Positions 18,614 through 19,335 of a stretch of 19,335 bases of DNA are shown here, piece after piece (positions within the stretch are counted from its first letter, which is position 1; each line of letters begins with the position of its first letter). A program made the translations under genes and the position numbers. The notes below the pieces were generated by a model that had not been told where the DNA came from, did no database searches, and saw nothing but the letters and a program-made list of their open reading frames with translations. This stretch comes from Candidatus Omnitrophota bacterium (lineage in GTDB: Bacteria > Ratteibacteria > UBA8468 > MWAK01), in contig JAZDPL010000088.1 of NCBI GenBank assembly GCA_043797665.1, positions 1 to 19,335 on the forward strand. The letters run 5' to 3'.

Positions 18614-18805
18614 CTATTTCAGAATCAACTGAATTAATTTAGAACACAGGGCATCCACAATTTCGGCAAATAAAGCCAGAATAAAAACCAGGAACAAAAC
18701 GAATATTGTCAGTTGACGAAGAGTTAAGGGCGGTGGCCAGGTTATTTTTTTGAATTCTAATCTAACCCCTTCCAGATATCCTTTAAGCCATTCCGATGTT
18801 TTCAC
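18614..18805 (-). CDS. secE: preprotein translocase subunit SecE
   Basis: EFKKITWP motif followed by one hydrophobic helix, located between tRNA-Trp and nusG. Confidence 0.92.
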   Translation of the reverse strand: MKTSEWLKGYLEGVRLEFKKITWPPPLTLRQLTIFVLFLVFILALFAEIVDALCSKLIQLILK

Positions 18806-18859
18806 CGTTTTTCCCGCTACCCCTTTTCGGCCGGGGATTTGGCAATCCCCCCAAATCTG

Positions 18860-18932
18860 CAGGCCTGGAGGGATTTGAACCCCCAGCCGACGGATTTGGA
18901 GTCCGTTGCTCTGCCAGTTGAGCTACAGGCCT
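18860..18932 (-). tRNA. tRNA-Trp (CCA), 3' CCA not encoded
   Basis: Acceptor stem AGGCCTG/CAGGCCT, D arm GCTC/GAGC, anticodon arm ACGGA-CTCCAAA-TCCGT, T loop TTCAAAT, discriminator G followed by CAG. Confidence 0.97.
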
Positions 18933-18965
18933 AGGAACTAATAAGAACGCATTAAATCTTTTAAT

Positions 18966-19042
18966 GTAGGGGGCGGATTCATCCGCCCCGCGGGCTTGAT
19001 AAACATGTCCCTGTATGGGTTAAACAGGGATCAAGCCCCTAC
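18966..19042. repeat. inverted pair of GTAG-type REP elements (BIME/REPIN-like)
   Basis: GTAG + GGGGCGGAT-TC-ATCCGCCCC, then GGGCTTGAT...ATCAAGCCC + CTAC, with an inner TCCCTGT/ACAGGGA stem. Confidence 0.75.
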
Positions 19043-19188
19043 TTTATTTCTTTATGCAGGATGTGTTTACGACATGCAGAGCAGTATTTACGGAATTGCA
19101 ACTTTTCCTTCTGTTTCTTTTTGTCTTTGGTGGAATTATAGTTCCGGCGCTTGCATTCGGTACATTCTAAGGTAATCAGTTCCCTCAT
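19039..19188 (-). CDS. rpmG: 50S ribosomal protein L33 (zinc-binding form)
   Basis: 49 aa, [17 protein letters not shown]...[16 protein letters not shown], with two CxxC motifs. Confidence 0.97.
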   Translation of the reverse strand: MRELITLECTECKRRNYNSTKDKKKQKEKLQFRKYCSACRKHILHKEIK

Positions 19189-19195
19189 TCTCAGA

Positions 19196-19335
19196 TTACT
19201 CCAGTATTTCGGTGACCGCGCCGGCACCCACCGTATGTCCGCCTTCCCGGATGGCAAACCGCTGACCCTTCTCCATCGCAATCGGCGTAATCAGTTTCAC
19301 CTCCAAGTTGGCGTTGTCTCCGGGCATTACCATTT
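19196..19335 (-). CDS. tuf: elongation factor Tu, 3' end (cut by the window edge)
   Basis: Manual translation gives [45 protein letters not shown]. Confidence 0.97.
   Translation of the reverse strand, partial: MVMPGDNANLEVKLITPIAMEKGQRFAIREGGHTVGAGAVTEILE

Noticed and set aside
18833..18850. GGGGATT-TGGC-AATCCCC hairpin after tRNA-Trp as an intrinsic terminator
   Set aside because: There is no U-tract on the transcribed (minus) strand and secE follows closely, so it is at most a processing or stability structure.
19189..19281. N-terminal extension of L33 in the ORF track
   Set aside because: It overlaps tuf in another frame, and L33 similarity begins at ATG 19188.
1..19335. CRISPR array, intein in RpoBC, or alternative genetic code
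   Set aside because: No regularly spaced repeats are visible. The RpoBC insertions sit at known lineage-specific positions and lack intein termini. TGA ends rpsL and rplL at the expected positions, and tRNA-Trp has a CCA anticodon.

Overview
Bacterial chromosomal window with two parts. The left part (1-7405, mostly + strand) is accessory DNA. It holds nested IS remnants (a 5'-truncated IS1380-family transposase interrupted by an IS3-family end, next to an orphan discoidin/CBM32-like C-terminus), a secreted LamG-like protein, and an amidohydrolase - DegT-family aminotransferase - amidohydrolase cluster. That cluster is interrupted by a DUF4160/DUF2442 toxin-antitoxin pair lying between two copies of a 125-bp repeat, and a small hypothetical gene follows it. 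The right part (7407-19335, - strand) is a very compact core cluster: tuf (partial), rpmG, tRNA-Trp, secE, nusG, rplK, rplA, rplJ, rplL, rpoBC, rpsL, rpsG, with no fusA after rpsG. The main finding is that rpoB and rpoC form one 2529-aa in-frame fusion with an approximately 8-residue linker and unusual substitutions in the rifampicin pocket and in conserved beta' motifs. Several kinds of short palindromic repeats sit in the operon junctions, and some overlap stop codons or the likely ribosome-binding site of ribosomal protein genes.
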